This document shows positions 24,724 through 38,629 of a stretch of DNA of 64,000 nucleotides, piece after piece. The translations under genes were made by a program, and so were the position numbers. This stretch comes from Azolla caroliniana. Taxonomy: Eukaryota; Plantae; Polypodiophyta. A model generated the notes under the pieces. It saw only the letters and a list, made by a program, of their open reading frames with translations. It had not been told where the DNA came from and searched no databases. Every line of letters starts with the position of its first letter. Positions within the stretch are counted from its first letter, which is position 1. The stretch is from contig JBHGNT010000010.1 of the NCBI GenBank assembly GCA_043228905.1, positions 1,240,001 to 1,304,000 of the forward strand. Reading direction: 5' to 3'.

Positions 24724-27700
24724 TTCCCTTATCTTCTTAATTGTTTGTACTGCACGTCGAGGAACTTTGAAGCCCAACATCCGAGGCCGTTTGGTTGTTC
24801 TTTGCCTTTCTGCTTCATCAAGAGAGAGGCCAAGTGGTGTAGGTGTCCACATTCATCATCTCCCCTTGTTCTTGAAAAATTACACTAATTACATGTTGGT
24901 GAATATTAAAAGGGTTATGGTTAACACTTTGTAATTTATTCTCCCTACGTTGTTTTAGCTCTAAGATATACCTACCTAGTCTCTTTATATCTAGGGTATC
25001 TAATAGTTTGGAGAGGGTGGGAGAGGGTTCCTAGTATGTCTTGGTATTTCACCCTTATCTCGGTATACGTTGGACACTTGCATGTAAAGTGATACTCATC
25101 CTCTATCTCTATGTGACATAACCTACATAGCCTTTCCCAACTTAGAGAAGGTCAAGAAGTGTTCCTTATAGTACAACATTTTAGATGGGAGTGGCCCTCG
25201 TGGGGTGATCCATTTATATCGAGTGTAAATTTGCCATATTCTCTTGGCGTATTACTTTATTACAATCTTCATGAGAGATTAAAGTTTGATCAGTCCCATG
25301 GTTGTACTTAACAAGGTTCACATTATAGAATAGGAAAGAAAGGTTGTGCCTTAGTTGGGTGGCAATGTTAAACCACATAAACATATGGTGGCTCAAGATT
25401 ATGATAGAAAATGTCGCTTAATTTATTGCGAAGGAAGGTAATAGGCATGGAAAGACAAGGATTGTAGTTTCTTGGTGGCATGTGGTACCTAGTGATAAAC
25501 AAATAAAATGTGCAAGGTCCTTGATAACTCTCAACTGTGTGTCTTGGGTTTTTTATAGTCGCATCCAATGTCCATCACGTGAAAGGGAAAATACAAATTC
25601 TTTGCAATTGGAGGACTTGACAACATCTCATATTTTGGGATGGGAGGATATGAACTTTTATTTACCCTAGTTTAATGCTATGACATGTTTGGGTTTGGTT
25701 AATGCACATGATGCCATGTTATGAACCCATAGAAAAATTATGGCTTTCTAAACAACTAGGAGAAGGCTTCATACTCTAGAAATTACCAAGCTATATATCT
25801 AGTTGCAAGAAATGCCAACTTTGGAATATCCAATTCTAGATTTGGCAACCTTGTTTTCCTTTCAACGCTAAGGTGTTTATTTGGAGTGTATCGGTAGATG
25901 GATTATCTCTAGGGGTTGCTTTGCAAAGATGAAGTATTTCTTTTGAAATGTATTTGTTTTGCAAAATTTTAATTTACCTCTAGGATGTTGGAACACAATA
26001 GACATCAATTTATTAGTTGTCTAGCTGTAAGGGCTATTTGAAATTTTATATCTATATTGTGGGTTTCTATGAGTGGATTGTTGAAATCCATGTTTTGATG
26101 GGTGTTTGGCCATGTGCAATAGAAAATGCCTTATCCACATATTGAGGTAGGGATATAATCGGCATATGTAGAACACCTTTGTTTTTAATGCTCAATATGA
26201 GGTTCAAAGACAAGTTTAACAACTAAAAGGCAATTTGGATGGCAATTTTCCTTATTGAAAACTTCAGAGATGTTGTCATAATAGGAATTAGGCCTATTTA
26301 GGTTGGCATGACATCATATCCATCATTCGCATGGGTCTTTATCACATAGGGCTAGGTATGCCCATAACTATATATCTAGAGAAAGGTATGGTTTGGGAAC
26401 CCTCGTAGTTTTTTTGGCAATCCAATAGGATATCATTATCTATCCATTGTAATTGAACTTCGTAATTAAAATATTACTATTTATGGGAAACAAACATCTT
26501 GCAAAGGAGATTGAAATTTGTCATTAGTTGTATGATGTATCATTCCCCTTTCTAGAGTAGTTATTTATTGGGCTATCATTTGCTTGCCTTACCAAGCAAC
26601 AAAATATCATGGTGTTGTATGCAATCTCGTAGAGAGGGTACTTAGCAAGCATGTTCATGCATGCCATTAACGTGTTCCTATACAATCAAAAGCTATTGCA
26701 TAATTGTTTGAGGATAACTCTTGACTTATCGTCAAGCATGCTTTTTGGACTCGTGGAGTTTTGTTTTTGTTCACGATTCATGAGCACGAGGGAGAAAGCG
26801 TGTACGTTAATGGTAAGTATCTTTGACTTAACAGAAAGACATGAAACGCTATATGAATGGCTTTGAAAGGCCAGCGTGGCATTGACATTAATGGAAGGGT
26901 ATTTGAACATCTTCAAAAGGCCAAAGAAGGTACTTATACAATGGCATATATTAAATCCATACATTAATTCAATAGATCACATTTAGTAAAAAATAGGGAA
27001 ACTTTTGAGATTTGGAATAGGCTACACAAGTCAACATAAACATTGCCAACCACCAAGGTTACACCGGTGAGTAAAACCTTTTTGGAGCTCCTTAGGGACT
27101 AATTCACTATTTGGAGATTGAATGGACATAGAAACCTTAAAATTGGTAGATTATCATACTTTTCTCACGATTTATCGTTATTCATCCCAAGAAGTGAGTG
27201 AAGGAGAGGCATTTAAACATATATATTAGTTTTATGAGAAATAAACACTCAAGATTGGGCCATAGTTGAGTTGATTGTGTCGATGGTGAGGTTGTGACTT
27301 AATAATTGATGTAGCATAAGGTTTAGGAACACAATAGATGGTGTAACAAAATATGTGTGAAAGTCGTGAATGGACAAAAAGTCCTCATGTTGGTGTGAGT
27401 CAGTTACCTAAGACTTAAAATTAAATATAGAAGGGGATTAATGCTACGACAGAGGACAAGCCTCACAACATGCCATGCCTATTTATTTGCATTGTCATTG
27501 CCATAGTTCTTGTTCTTATTCTTTAACTTCACCACCAATGAGTGTGAGGATCATGACAATTGGTATCAACAAGTTTGTCACTTGGATTAACTGTTGCATA
27601 TTGAGAGGGCATGGAGAACCAGTACATTCCATAATGGCATCAATAATGGTGCAAATAGCATGTAGAACAATAAGCGAAAAACGTCGAAAACATCCTTAGG

Positions 27701-28230
27701 ATTCTCCAGTGGGCCATCCTTACTACCAAGTAGGGGCATTTGTGGAGATAAATGAGAACATGTAATTCATCAAGGTTTTGCATTTCTCCTTAATCCCTTA
27801 ATTGAAGTGCAACTTGAAGAGACCGGTTATCACACATTTTGTTTGTGCATGAACAACGTAACGTGATTATATTAGAAAATGAAACAATGCATATCAATGC
27901 CAAGATTGTCAAACACAAATAGGTTGCTTTAATCAGGAAAGCACGCGTGCAAACGGATCGTCATTTGCGTGATTAGGAACCTTATTATTGCATGGGCTCA
28001 ATAACGTGTAGGATCGATTACGTTTTTACGTAGTGTTAGCTCCCCGTGCTTTTAACCGCCTAGATGAGAGAAGCTACGGAAGCACTTCGTGGCACTTTGA
28101 AGGTTGGACCGAGCACAACATTGTAGAACCTCCTATTTTGTTGTGTCCGGCCATATATGGTCACAAGGACCTCCTCTCTTGCAGCCGCCAGTGCGCCACC
28201 ACCCCGAGACAGCCCAAACCGGTTAAGGAA

Positions 28231-28456
28231 GCTCAAGCCTAAACCGAACCGCCAAACGGTTTAAAAACGGTTCGGTTCAGGCTTGAGCCGAGTCGTTGCC
28301 GATTCCCGGAGGCCCCTGTGGCCAAGATGACAGGGGATCCTCCTCCCCTGTTCTTTTCATCAACTCTCCCAACCCAAGCTTCCGCCTGCTGCTGATCTCC
28401 TGCTCCTCCTCGCCCGGCGAACCATCCCATTCCCTCCTCTTATTCTGCAGGTAAGA
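28231..28456 (+). promoter_or_regulatory. Hairpin followed by GC/pyrimidine-rich putative first exon ending in CAG|GTAAG
   Basis: 21-bp inverted repeat 28231-28288; local GC-rich island; consensus splice donor at 28451. No downstream CDS recognised. Confidence 0.35.
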
Positions 28457-29699
28457 TCCTCTTAAGAATCACTGCCTTTCAAGATCATCTTTGGTTTTTA
28501 GGGTTTGAGGTGATGTAAGCATCACCTTTTCATGGAATCAAAAGCTGATACAGTTCCTTCCGTAATCTAGTGCAATCCATGAAGGATCTTCCTATTTTAG
28601 AGGTTAAGATCGTTAAAGAATCACCATTTGTGATACTCAGAAGCTTACACAGTCTTAACCTTTGAAATTCTTAGGGAATCTATCCTTTATCGGGCCACGT
28701 CATCTAAAAATCCTCGTTTCTTGACAATCATAAGCTAGTCCAAAATGTAATCTTTGTGAAATCCCTAAATGGATAACGATGAACGTTGAAACTGTTTCGA
28801 CCTGTCAGGTCTGTGAAGTCTGTAATGAATCTGTTTTTTTATGGTCTGTCCAGATATATCTAAGAATTTCCAGTTGATAAATCAGAAGCTCAATGAAGAG
28901 TAAGAAAGTTGATAAATCAGAAGCTCAATGATAAATCTTTATGAAATACCTGAACAAACTGAATCTTTGAGTGATTTAAATTAATATGCATTGTTAAGCA
29001 ACTTGGAGTTTTGAATAGAGAGAGGAGATGTCTCTTAGTTTATGTTTTGAATAGAGTAGGAGATGTCTCTTGCGTTAGGGAATCATTGTCTGTATCAAGT
29101 ACCAATAGATGATATATGGTATGCTTTTATGTGAAAGGAATTGAAAAGTAAACTACTAATTCATTTACATTGCTATATGAATGATTGAGTTTGAAATCTT
29201 TTTGTCCCATTTCTGATCCTCACAAGAATATCTAGATTGAACATGGTTCTTGAGCAGCTAGTCAAGGCACCTATAGTTTCCCCGTTGTTGGATCTCTTGC
29301 TGGAGTGGCGCCAAACATCTTTGATCTTTGTATCGTACTGCTTTGATATGTTTGCTGTCACTCATTTCCTGATTATATAAACAAATTGAAATGTTTGTGT
29401 ATTTAGTCTTTATTCTCTATATGATATCCAAATTCCATTACAAATTTAACTATTCCTCTTGATTAAAGACCAAATGATCTCCCATTCATTTAATTCCGGC
29501 AATGATTTCGAGTTTTGAAACGTTTGATTTCATCCTTACCCTTGACTTACTCTTGTGGTTCCACATTCATGAATATTATATGTGGCTGTAGATATCTGGA
29601 CCAACTTTCAGTTTGTTTTGCTATTTCTTTATATGGGGGTGGAACTTGAAATAATTTCTTTTAATAACTAAAGTGGGTTTCAGTTATTTCTTTTCTATT

Positions 29700-30150
29700 C
29701 TCCCAAGAAACCCTAACCTCAGTAGAAGCATTTGTTGAGCTCTATATAAAACCTTAACCTATATAGAATCATTTGAGGAGGTCTATGGTTGAGATTTCGA
29801 TCATATGCTATGTGGTGAATGTTTTAGTTTTTTTCATTTTTTATGCTTTTCCGAGAATCCGTAATCTCTATAGAAACAGTTGATGAGTTCTATGGTTGGC
29901 ATCTGGCTGTAAACAGACTTTTCTTTTACATAAAACCTTAACCTATATAGAATCTTTTGAAGAGGATTGGATTTGGATCATATGCTATGTGGTGAGTATT
30001 TTACTGTTCTCCAAGAAATCGTAACCTATATCTTATTATTTGACAAGTTCTGTCGCTGTAAACTTGTCTTTTTCTTTTACACGAAACCTTAATCTATGCT
30101 GAATCATGAGGAGGTTTATGGTTGGGATTGGTCATGTCCTGTGCGGTGTT
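29700..30150. repeat. Degenerate tandem repeat, about 3 copies of 150-185 bp
   Basis: AAACCTTAACCTATATAGAATC...GAGG...GATCATATGCTATGTGGTG at about 29748, 29932 and 30084. Confidence 0.7.
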
Positions 30151-32849
30151 TGCTTTAGCATTTTTCATTTTATACTCATGAATCATGTTCTATAAAGTTC
30201 TAATCTTGTTTAATTTTCATTGACTGAGATAGATCATCATAGAGCTCTGAGTAGTTAACTTTTGGGAAAATCTTCTAACATGATAAAGAGGAACATGTAA
30301 GTGTTCTTCACATTATTAATGGAAATCATTTAAACGTATTAGAACTTTGTACTTGGGAATATATGAAACTATATTTTGAGGGTATCAATTGAACATGTGT
30401 GATACTGGTGATTAACGACTGGCATTTTTGGAATATATAAAGAAAATGTATGTGAATGGCACAAAAGGTCTATAAAATAAAATTTGATAGAACTCAACCA
30501 TGGTTTCATCTGGAATACAGTAATGGGATTACAATAGTTACCATGGGTAATCATGGGTAAAAACTCATTTGTCTTAGTCGAATCAAGTACTCCCAAATGA
30601 GACTTCTAATAAGCAGTCATAAGAGAAAAAAATATGATGCCCTTAGACTCTAAATTGCATATAATTTTGTGTATATTTCTCTTTAATAAGATGTATCCAT
30701 AGCATGCAACTACTTTAGATACTACTTGCGTATTAGCCATGCATTTCAGAAGTGGTGAACCACAAAACTGAAATATTCCTCGCTCTCCCATTGAGATGGG
30801 AGAATAAATACACGTGAGCTGATAGAGCAATGTGGTTGATGCTATGAGTTCATATAGGAACATGTGAAGGTAGTTAAAGTCCCACGACTTGATATCACCA
30901 AATCCAGCCATGTTAATTGTTTGTGAATATCAAAGTCTTGATAGGTCCCATTGTCTATCTAATGTAGCTAGGTGGATGCAGTTTATACTTATTCCTCTTA
31001 TAAGTTGGGGACACTTGGGATACGGTTTTTACAAGCTTTTGCATCTGGTAAGCGAAAACTCATATTGAAATATGATGCAAGTTTCTTTTCTCTCTTCCAA
31101 GAGAATTACTCCATCATTACAATATATATTTGGAGCAATATAAGAATTTTAGTAGCTTATGTCTTGTAATTTGTTTCAAGCTTTATCATTGTTTTTAAGG
31201 TTTAGGGTGGTTAATAGGTGGTGTGCACAAGCAATAAAGGAATTTGCTAGGTCATCCACAAATGTGACATGAACTATGGCAAGGTTCAATATTCAAGTTC
31301 AAATCCTTAGGTTCTCAAGCAACATTGTATCCGAAGAGCTTTAGATTTCACACTATGCCAAGCTCATGATTCGCATCAAATACGATAAGTACATTCATTG
31401 ATAAAACACAATGTAAATCCACATAGGATGCTTATCAAGTCATATTCAAGGAGCTAAGCTATATGAAGTATATTTTATCTTTTGAAAGAGGGTACATATG
31501 AAATTTCAGTGTGTGGATTCACTCAATCCTATTAGGCATAAATCTCTGCATTAAAAGGTTTTAGACACCAGGAATATTTATTTTGTTATAGATTGTAATA
31601 CCTAACATTCACATGTTTACCCTGAAGGATTCAATTGTAGTAATGGGTGTAAACTCACTACCTTTTTCTACAGATATAGGGATGGCGTGTTTGCTAAAGC
31701 TATGTTACAACCCCACAAAAGACATAATATTACAATATTATATGAAGTATGATGCAATTTTTCGGGAAAAAGAAAGAAAGAAAGATGCAAGACTGCTTCT
31801 TAGACAAGCATGGATTTCTTCTTGTGACAATTGGCTAGATCCCAACAATGTGGAGGACATCAATACCAAAAGATCTTTCATGTGAAATATAATTCATAAT
31901 GGCGTGTTGTTGATAAATAAGAAGATGCATGGATTGATTGACAAAATGATGTTGAAGGCTACTAAAAGATGTTATATTAAAATATAATATGAAGTCATGA
32001 AAATGTATGATGCCTACAAGGTTGACACTCAACAAGCACAATTACAATGTTTGGAGCTTCATGCCCTACGGGACAAAGGTATATTTTATAGATGGGTTTT
32101 TGACAAGGTGGGTTGTTTTACTCTACACCAAAGTATTTATTTAAGCCGATAGTTAGAACTTAAACCTTGGTAAAAAAACATGGGTATTACCTCTATGTAC
32201 ATATTTCAAGTACAACCTAAGGGTGTTTTTACTACTTTGGTTTCTTTTTCTTAGAGAAGAAGAAGAAGAATGGATGATGCATTATACCATTTATTAGATA
32301 GGTATAGATTTTTGTCATCTATTGGCAATTGATTAAAACTTAAGAACATAGAAAACTATCATACTAGAGACACATTAGCAAAATAAATTGAACACAAGGT
32401 GGATATATCATGAAGGCAATAGTGGATGAGCAAAAACTCATTGCAAGGGAGAGCAAAGCACATGTCAATACAACCCAAAGGGGTTAAAAAATGACGTTGA
32501 CGATGTTTTGAGTAGGCCCAAATTATAGGAAAAACCATGTGTGGTGCTAAGGAAACACCATGCAAAGCAAGCACATTACCAATTTACATGTGTTGCTAGT
32601 ACAAAGTGGTAGTCGTAGGTAAACCAACCACTATCATGGGTAGGGGGAGTTCCTTTCTCCAAATATTGGTCATGCCATCACATCCTTGTTTTCAACACCG
32701 TAGTTTTCATCTCCCAAAATTTGGTCGCACCTCTCGCTTCTTTTCACAATATTTTTGTCCCAACAAATCATCGCACCTTCCCATGCTTATTTTCAAGACC
32801 ATAACATGCCCCTCTCTCTCTAGTCAACAACATTGGATGTAAGCTACAA

Positions 32850-33545
32850 AAGAATCATAAAAGTAAGATTCTCTCATCCGGTTGGGTTGTTGACATAAGG
32901 AAATGGTTTAGAAGATGGGGTTTGGATGATCTTTTAGATCTTTCAGGCAGTGTTATGCACTATGTAATGATTCATGAAAGGTTGGTGGAATCGTGAAGGA
33001 TGAAGTGGGAAGATGCTACGAGGACAAAGCTAGAATACTACATTGCAAATGTCAACCCTCAATGTTGGTCTTAATATAAAGCAAGAATGCCTATTGATCG
33101 TATCCAACCTTATGTCATTACCAATATGAGAAGTAATGCTCGTAGAGCCCTTACACTACATCGCACTCGATCTCAAAAGTTATGTATTGAAGTTGCATCA
33201 TGGTATCAAAATGTAACTAATTTGAAGACATGCAAAGTATGCAATGAAGGCATGGTAGAGGATGAATGTCACTTGCTCTTCACATGCTCGACATATAATG
33301 CAATTCGTTTAAGATATGCTGACATACTAAGAGGGAGTGATAACTTAAGTGCCATACTTAAGACACCGCCGAGAAGGTTGAGCTCATATGTGTATGCTTT
33401 ATTCACACATTGAGAATTTATGCTTCAATGTATGAATACCCCTTCTTAGGAAGGAGACACATATTAAGAACACATGTATACTCTAGTCCCATAGGTCAAA
33501 ATTGGCCTCTTTATGGACGATAAAAATTCTAATTCTAATTCTAAC
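32850..33545 (+). mobile_element. LINE 3' fragment (RTE-like)
   Basis: ORF 33087-33413 with CKVC...EDECHLLFTC motif, 3' hairpin AGGTCA-n4-TGGCCT and (AATTCT)3 tail. Confidence 0.78.
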
Positions 33546-33768
33546 AGATTATAATGAACTTACCACATTGTTTAGGCCTCGTTTCAATTAGATAATATAT
33601 ATTTTATTCCTCTTTGCAAATTTGAATTTTTTATTCTTGTCCTAATAATTCATGGCTCATAACTTTGCTTGAACTTTAAAGGTTCCAAAATATTAAAGTT
33701 CATTTTGGCCATTATCATAAGTGACCTCCACAAATTACTAAGAAAATATATAAACCCGTGATCAAAAC

Positions 33769-34352
33769 TAGCAATGGGCGCGGTTCGGTTCGGTTTCAAG
33801 GCAAAGAAATCGAACTAAACCGAAACGGAACCGTTTATTTAAAACAAAAACCAAACCAACCCGTTTATGAACTCTCAGTATTGAAACCAAACCATTTAAG
33901 AAATAGTTGAAACCAAACCATTTAAAACCAAACCGTTTAAGGAAAAGTTGAAACCAAACTGAACCATTTAATAAAAAATTTAAACCTAACCACTTAAATT
34001 AGTTTAATTTAACATCTAAATAAACAAAAATACATTAAATTAAATAAGCATTTAAGTTAAATTTATTAAATCAATAAAAGAAACTTTAATTGAACCATTA
34101 AATTAAATAAACATTCAAGTTAAATTAATTAAATCAATAAAAACCCATTAATTAAACCATTAAATCAATAAACTATTAAGGTAAAACAAAAGTTAACCTA
34201 TAAACCTATAAACCCAAGTTTTAGAATCGAACCAAACTGAAACTGAACCATTTATCAAAAATCCAAACCAAACCAAACCATTATATTTTTTTGGAGCCAA
34301 TAAACCATTTAATGGTTCGGTTTGGTTTGAGCCGAAACCGTGCCCATTACTA
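33769..34352. mobile_element. Non-autonomous hAT-like DNA element (MITE)
   Basis: TIRs TAGCAATGGGCGCGGTT / AACCGTGCCCATTACTA, 8-bp TSD ATCAAAAC / ATCAAACC, many subterminal AAACC(G/A) motifs, AT-rich centre. Confidence 0.85.
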
Positions 34353-35937
34353 ATCAAACCATGGAGCTATATCATTTTTATATTAGTTGACAAGAAGTCA
34401 ATCACCTTCCCTCGGTCTGTGTATAACATGTGATAAATGTTCAAGGTGGGCCCAAAGTAATTATTATCCTCCCAAATCCATCCAAGGTGGAACCCTTGCA
34501 TATAGGAAATAAACAAACAAATATTCTACTTTATAGCTCAATTGACCGAAAAGAAGTTCAATGGATCCATAGAAGGCACGATATAATGGACACATTCCCT
34601 AGCCACATGAAATTACCTTGTAAATTTATGACATTTGAAATGATGTTAACTCATTATACACATAGAATATTCCAATGCAATGACAAAGAAAGTAATAATG
34701 ATCATAACTTTATCCTCAACATGTAAGGACATTCCATGCATTTCTCAGTTCCTTATCAACACAATTTTAGAATCACTTAAACAACAAATAAGAGTTTAGT
34801 TTTTGTGTGTGTGTCCCATCTTATTAACATGTAAGGTAGAAAACAAGAAAAACGCAAAAGTCTACCAATATACCAAACACGTGTTTAAGTAGACATTTCC
34901 AAATTCCAATGTATTTATGAGCATATTGAAAATTTGTAATGTGTCATTAAGGTGGATTTTGACTACATTTGCCGAGTTCCGATGTGCTATTAGAGTGTAT
35001 TTTTCAATATATTGGCTAGAAAACCATCCATGACCGCTTTTCATGCAGGAACATTTGTCATAATGGAATTCGGTAAGTCATAAAAAATAAAGTGACATAC
35101 TTTTTTACTTTTAAGTGGGTTCCATTATCCATATACCAAGGTGATAAAAGACTACCACTACCGGAAAGGTCAAGATTTACATGCAAGTTGAACAAGAAGA
35201 TGAGTGAGTGGAATGTTGGTGCGCAAGTGATAGCGGCAATGCTTGGAGACCAAGTGCATGGAACATACATATAAATGGGCCGGGGAGTGGCAAGAAAGGA
35301 TAGATAGCTAGATATTTTTAGCGTCCATAGAGAGGTCAATAGTGACATGTCGATAGATAGGTAGATGTGAGTCAGTACTAGATTGGGCCTTTGACAACGC
35401 TACGGATCGAATAAGAAACAAAGGGCAATGTGAAGAGGCCGAAAAGTGTAGAAGAGTGAAAAAGATGAAAAAGGAAGGAAGGAGAGGAAAAGAAGAAATA
35501 ATTAATGATCACGTGTGGGAGGGAAGGGAAGCTTGTGAGCGAGTCCAAAAAAGAAAAGAAGCCCATGCATAACCATGGCATGTCATGGGCATGCCCATGG
35601 AGGGAACGTGTTTTGAGGCATATCCTAAATGTGTAATAATGAATGGGGTGGTAGTGTGTGCAAGCAAGAAGCATGAGGAGGAAAGATCCACACGGGTAGT
35701 CCCTTGGACATGCACCACCATCATCATCACCATCATCATCATCCATACATTCACTACACCACACTTTTCTCTAATATAATTCCTTCCCTCCCTTCACCAA
35801 ATTACACCACTTTCCACAAGCTCTTTCTCACTATCTCTTGACACACACACACACCCCTCTTGTTTGTGTTGTGTGTCAATTGTGTGAGAGAGGGACACAC
35901 CTAGAGGCTACCACCCAACCACGTTACCCCTAATCCA

Positions 35938-37325
35938 ATGGCTTCCTTCAAACCCGTCCCCCGTAAGATGGAGCGCGCCCACGGCCCTGCGTCCGTCCTC
36001 GCCATCGGCACCGCCAATCCGCCCAACGAATTCTTGCAAAGCGACTACCCCGACTTCTACTTCAACATCACCAATAGCAACCACATGACCGACCTCAAGC
36101 TCAAATTCCAACGCATGTGTACGTATAAACCATCATTTCAACTAGGACCTCATAATGTAATGTTATTAGATTTCTAGTGGTCTCAAGTGATCCATCCGTG
36201 TGTTGGCTGGCCTCGCGTGAAATGGCCGGCCCATCTCCGTAGTAGTAGTAGCGCTAACTCGGATCTTGATTCGTTCATGTAGGCGACAAGTCGGGGATTA
36301 AGAAGAGGTTCATGTACTTGAATGAGGAGATACTGAAGGAGAATCCCAACATGTGTGCCTACTGGGAGAAGTCATTGGATGCTCGGCAAGACATGGTGGT
36401 GGTGGAGGTGCCGAAGCTCGCCAAGGAGGCGGCGACCAAGGCCATCAAGGAGTGGGGGCAACCGAAGTCGAGGATCACTCACCTCGTGTTTTGTACCACG
36501 AGCGGTGTGGACATGCCAGGGGCTGACTGGGCTCTAACCAAGCTCCTCGGCCTTCGTCCCACCGTGAAGCGCCTAATGATGTACCAACAAGGCTGCTTCG
36601 CCGGGGGCACGGTCATGAGGATTGCCAAGGACTTGGCCGAGAACAACAAAGGTGCGAGAGTGTTGGTGGTGTGTAGTGAGCTCACGGCAGTGACATTCCG
36701 AGGGCCCAGCGAGACCCACCTCGACAGCCTAGTCGGGCAGGCGCTCTTCGGAGATGGGGCTGCGGCCCTCATTGTCGGTTCGGACCCCGAACCGAAGATC
36801 GAGCGCGCTTGGTTCGAGGTCCACTATGTTGCATCCAATATCTTGCCCGACTCCGATGGTGCCATCGATGGTCATCTCCGCGAGGTCGGCCTTACCTTCC
36901 ACCTTATGAAAGATGTCCCCGGGATCATCTCGAAGAACATCGGAGGGGTACTCAAGGATTCCTTTGAGAAGGCATTCGGGCCTGACCCCAACGGCACACC
37001 CGAGCTCAATGACCTCTTCTGGATCGCGCACCCAGGTGGACCTGCCATTCTCGACCAGGTCGAGGAGAAGCTCGAATTGAAGCCGGCCAAGATGGCACCC
37101 AGCCGCCATATCTTGTCGGAGTACGGGAACATGTCGAGCGCATGTGTGCTCTTCATCATGGACCACATGAGGAAGAAGTCGGTTGAACAAAAGCTGGCTA
37201 CTACTGGGGAAGGTCATGAATGGGGATTACTCCTTGGGTTCGGACCAGGCCTCACGTGCGAGACCGTGCTGCTCCGGAGTGTTCCTCTCGAGAATGGGCC
37301 GACCGAGGTAACCGCAGCCAACTGA
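35938..37325 (+). CDS. CHS: Chalcone synthase (type III PKS), exons 35938-36118 and 36283-37325, 407 aa
   Basis: Single GT-AG intron splitting the conserved Cys codon (QRMC/DKS); catalytic Cys (QQGCFAGG), His (AHPGG), Asn (YGNMSS); gatekeeper Phe (ALFGDG, LTFHL); GFGPG signature. Confidence 0.96.
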
Positions 37326-38162
37326 ATTCCTCTTATACTAACTCAATGGGGGTGGCTTTGTGTGCTCTAGTCAATGATTTCACTAGGCATCTTCCTCATG
37401 GTGGTTATAAATGAGTTCAAGAGTATGAAAAATTGTGCTTCTCAATGAATCCAATGGTTTCATACTTTGTCCTCGTCTTCCTCATCCTTAGGATTGTCAT
37501 AAAATGAATTCAAAATTCTCTTAAATAACATATGTATTGGCATGGTATAACATTGTCATGAGCTGATGCATAGTATGCATATGCTATATTTGTACTCAAG
37601 CTAAATTAATAGATTGCGTTTTTTTATTTCTTTGTTGAATCTCTTTCAGTTGTGTCGGATTTAACTCGCAATAATTTTTTTCTTCACATGGTTAGGTCTT
37701 AGGTTTGATTCTTAATTTTTCATCGCAACTTTTATGTTTCCTATTTGTTGTACCATTTGAACATTTCTTGGGTGTGTATTCTATGAAGTTTTTCGTTGAT
37801 TTTGTCTTATGATTATTTTGTTTCTCATTTTTATGCAATTACCATACCTAATAGCAATCTTACCTTCGTCATAAGCTATTACACGATCAATGGTAAGCTC
37901 TTCACTTCAACGCTCGACTATCACACCTCTTTTCTTTCTAATTCTCTAGATGCAGTTGTGGAATGTAGGGTTGAATGTATGATTTTCTTGTCCCCGCTAG
38001 ACAACCTTATTCCATCTCTCTCTCTCTCTCTCTAAATCACTCCTTTTTGCAATGCCAATGTATTATGAAATGGGAAAACTATGAAGACTCATGCTTCAAA
38101 CATTATATTACATATGTTGTAGATAATTACAAAAGCATAATATGAAGATCATGGAAATTTCA

Positions 38163-38629
38163 TGTAAAAAGTAGCATGCGGAAGCAAGTATGAAGACTGA
38201 ACAAAAGGAAGAAAAACTCAGGTTTAATGGGGAGCTTGAGCTTACGCAGTATACGCGGGAGAGAGAGAGAGAGTGAGTGAGAGAGAGAGAGAACACAAGA
38301 ACTATATTCAATAAAAAATACTCAATCTCTATTCACCACACTTTGTGTACATATATGTGTTCAATGAACACTTTTATACAAGTCCTAGAAGGACTGACCG
38401 AAGTACTGACAGTACTTCAATGCTCATTAAGAGCTCCTACACTAACTCCCAAATGTATTCCTCACGGAATATCTTTCCTAACGGCCTCCCAGTTTACGCA
38501 CCGATCCGGCCCTACCTACACATCGGTTTGCGTACCGGTTTACGCACTCGGCCTAACCGATCGGTCCCAACCGATCCGGTCCTCGACTTCTTCAGCCGAT
38601 CCGGCCGATGTTGAGCTTGTCTCTCAACA
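38163..38629 (-). repeat. 3' LTR
   Basis: TG...CA termini, direct repeat of 43524-43990, adjacent to PPT. Confidence 0.97.

Noticed and set aside
35938-37325. Divergent type III PKS (stilbene/pyrone synthase)
   Set aside because: The active-site and gatekeeper motifs inspected look CHS-typical; specificity would need an assay.
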